A stretch of DNA of 36,625 nt from IMG/VR virus record IMGVR_UViG_3300031920_000020, positions 1 to 36,625 of that record; one strand, 5' to 3'. The notes beneath the pieces were generated by a model that made no database searches, had not been told where the DNA came from, and saw only the letters and a list, made by a program, of their open reading frames with translations. The position numbers and the translations under genes were made by a program. This document shows positions 35,218 to 36,625 of the stretch, one piece after another (position 1 is the first letter of the stretch; every line of letters begins with the position of its first letter). Source of the stretch: a virus.

Positions 35218-35844
35218 CAGCAAGAAGCCCTCTATCTTTCCTTGGCACATGCATCTTTGCTCCGTAAGGTATCGGAGGTCATCATTAACATCCATCCAGA
35301 ATGTGTCACCTCTGTCCCCTCTCAACCTTAGTTGAGTACCTGCTTTCGATATTGTTAACCTCATAACAAGGAAGTTATCTCCTCCACCCCAATCATGGTA
35401 TGCAAGGTCATATGCAACACCAGCAAGGTCAGCGTGAGTAGTCCATGGGATAGGTGTGAAGTTAATATCAAGACCATCGATAGTTACACCTACTGTCATA
35501 CCGTTAGGGAGAGGCGCTGCTGGCACTTGATTACCCCAGCCTCCACTATCAAACGAACCTCCATCCCTAATGAGGAATACGAACCTAGTCATAATATAGA
35601 TCTGTCCTATTGGCACATCCAAATTGAACCTAACAGGTGTTATAGATCCGTCTACTGCCATGTTCCTATTTACTGTAGTAGGTGGTGGGCCTTGAAACAG
35701 GGACTTATAGAATGGTGCCTCTTGTGGCCCACTCATAGCATCTTTTATGATCTGATCGTACCTAGTGGCTGGGGCTTCAGGTGGATCGCCCTGCATTTCA
35801 TAGTAGTCTCTCTTTACTTCCCCTTCTAGCACTCTCAAGGTCAT
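35212..35844 (-). CDS. Hypothetical 210-aa protein (predicted beta-rich)
   Basis: SD is GGGAGGT. I could not recognise any motif. Confidence 0.6.
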   Translation of the reverse strand: MTLRVLEGEVKRDYYEMQGDPPEAPATRYDQIIKDAMSGPQEAPFYKSLFQGPPPTTVNRNMAVDGSITPVRFNLDVPIGQIYIMTRFVFLIRDGGSFDSGGWGNQVPAAPLPNGMTVGVTIDGLDINFTPIPWTTHADLAGVAYDLAYHDWGGGDNFLVMRLTISKAGTQLRLRGDRGDTFWMDVNDDLRYLTEQRCMCQGKIEGFLLN

Positions 35845-35861
35845 ACCTACCTCCCATTATC

Positions 35862-35889
35862 AAAAGAAACCCCGCCCATAAAGGCGAGG
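35862..35889 (-). terminator. Hairpin plus U-run terminator after the early ORFs
   Basis: Minus strand reads CCUCGCC-UUUAUG-GGCGGGG (7 bp including one G.U pair) followed by UUUCUUUUG. The SD of the next gene follows directly. Confidence 0.65.
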
Positions 35890-35908
35890 CTAGTTGTCTA
35901 CCTATCGT

Positions 35909-35924
35909 GTCTCACATGTGAGAC
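35909..35924. promoter_or_regulatory. Dyad GTCTCAC-AT-GTGAGAC (copy 3 of 3; perfect 16-bp palindrome)
   Basis: It abuts the TAG stop of 35924..36208. Confidence 0.6.
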
Positions 35925-36208
35925 TACTCTAATTCAAATGAATCAAACACATCATACACTATCCAAGATCCATCATCATAGCCACGTTCAAGATGTAGAT
36001 AAGCTAGATTTAGTACAGCTATTGTCTCTATGAGAACTGACCTTAGTGCTATCTGTCCATTGTCTTCGAAGTATACTGCTTCCCCTGGACTCTTCATTGC
36101 CTTAGCTATCAGTCGCAGAGCCTCAGCCTTTGATTGACCACTACATCTGCTGATACATTTCTTATTTAGTGAGTATTTACCAGACAGTTTGTTATGAAAG
36201 ACTTTCAT
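35924..36208 (-). CDS. Hypothetical early protein
   Basis: 94 aa. SD is GAGGG. Confidence 0.55.
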   Translation of the reverse strand: MKVFHNKLSGKYSLNKKCISRCSGQSKAEALRLIAKAMKSPGEAVYFEDNGQIALRSVLIETIAVLNLAYLHLERGYDDGSWIVYDVFDSFELE

Positions 36209-36329
36209 GGTCTACCCTCTTGTTAGTGCGCTCTACTTTGCGCTTTCTATCTGTTGACTTATCCTTGCTGGGAAGTGCTTCTTTGTCCAGCTTCCTTGGC
36301 TTCCTCATCTTCTCAACATTTGTCTGCAT
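36192..36329 (-). CDS. Possible small basic early ORF (45 aa; below the track cutoff)
   Basis: Hand translation gives MQTNVEKMRKPRKLDKEALPSKDKSTDRKRKVERTNKRVDHESLS. AAGGGA lies upstream. It fills an otherwise 130-nt gap and overlaps the next start. Confidence 0.3.
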   Translation of the reverse strand: MQTNVEKMRKPRKLDKEALPSKDKSTDRKRKVERTNKRVDHESLS

Positions 36330-36338
36330 TGCATCCCT

Positions 36339-36557
36339 TTAGAATAATTTGTTAGCCCGTCTAAGCACTACTCTTATGTCTTGTTTTAAGGCGGTCAATA
36401 TAGCTAGGGGATTACTTGGTGCTGCTCCTCTCATTCTAGATATCTTGAAATCAAACTCACCAACTCCATTATGCGCATAGGGATCTATCTCAGTGATATC
36501 TACTGTATATTTAGTTCCTTCTGCCTCTAGCTCCATTGTACATTCTGTCTCAGACAT
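36339..36557 (-). CDS. Hypothetical first early protein
   Basis: 72 aa with a weak SD. It is the first ORF downstream of repeat copy I. Confidence 0.5.
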   Translation of the reverse strand: MSETECTMELEAEGTKYTVDITEIDPYAHNGVGEFDFKISRMRGAAPSNPLAILTALKQDIRVVLRRANKLF

Positions 36558-36594
36558 AGTGTTCTCTCAGTTATAGTTAATTTAGACTACTAGC

Positions 36595-36618
36595 CCTTAC
36601 AGCACTATATGTTAATGC
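36595..36618 (-). repeat. Block 2 of two-block repeat, copy I
   Basis: Minus strand reads GCATTAACATATAGTGCTGTAAGG, versus GCATTAGCCTATAGTGCTGTAAGG at 27830..27853. Confidence 0.8.
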
Positions 36619-36625
36619 ATACAGG
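36598..36625. repeat. Second copy of the 28-nt terminal overlap
   Basis: Exact identity to 1..28. Confidence 0.85.

Noticed and set aside
1895-35829. All plus-strand ORFs in the track (for example 1895..2152, 7455..7919, 9956..10387, 14645..15007, 26245..26607, 27320..27703, 35395..35829).
   Set aside because: Each lies entirely antisense to a long minus-strand gene with clear motifs. None has a Shine-Dalgarno sequence. Their compositions are low-complexity (Ser/Leu-rich), typical of shadow frames.

Overview
The window is an essentially complete, circularly closed genome (about 36.6 kb; the first 28 nt equal the last 28 nt) of a T7-supergroup podovirus. Every credible gene lies on the minus strand, and the plus-strand ORFs in the track are antisense shadows. 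Read from 36557 down to 93, the order is: small early ORFs; a 210-aa orphan; a PHA-synthase-like Cys alpha/beta-hydrolase; a gp4-like primase-helicase; family A DNA polymerase; DUF1353; an SSB-like protein; small ORFs; a gp6-like exonuclease; endonuclease VII; a metallophosphoesterase; DUF3310; ATP-dependent DNA ligase; GNAT; portal; scaffold; major capsid; tail tubular A and B; four internal virion proteins; a beta-helix tail fibre; a holin candidate; then small and large terminase. I found no tRNA, CRISPR array, integrase or repressor. Main observations: (1) Five co-oriented copies of a conserved 23-nt element closely resemble SP6/K11-type single-subunit RNA polymerase promoters and sit in a T7-like promoter/terminator layout, yet no RNA polymerase gene is recognisable. 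(2) The portal gene is split by a 742-nt group I intron carrying an HNH homing endonuclease, and the splice junctions can be defined to the nucleotide. (3) There is a phage-encoded class III PhaC-like protein. (4) Three copies of the dyad GTCTCAC-NN-GTGAGAC lie at transcription-unit boundaries, with three conserved terminator-plus-Shine-Dalgarno cassettes. (5) A two-block repeat of about 95 bp lies upstream of both the first early gene and the SSB-like gene. All homology statements come from reading motifs by eye and from remembered reference sequences. No searches were run.
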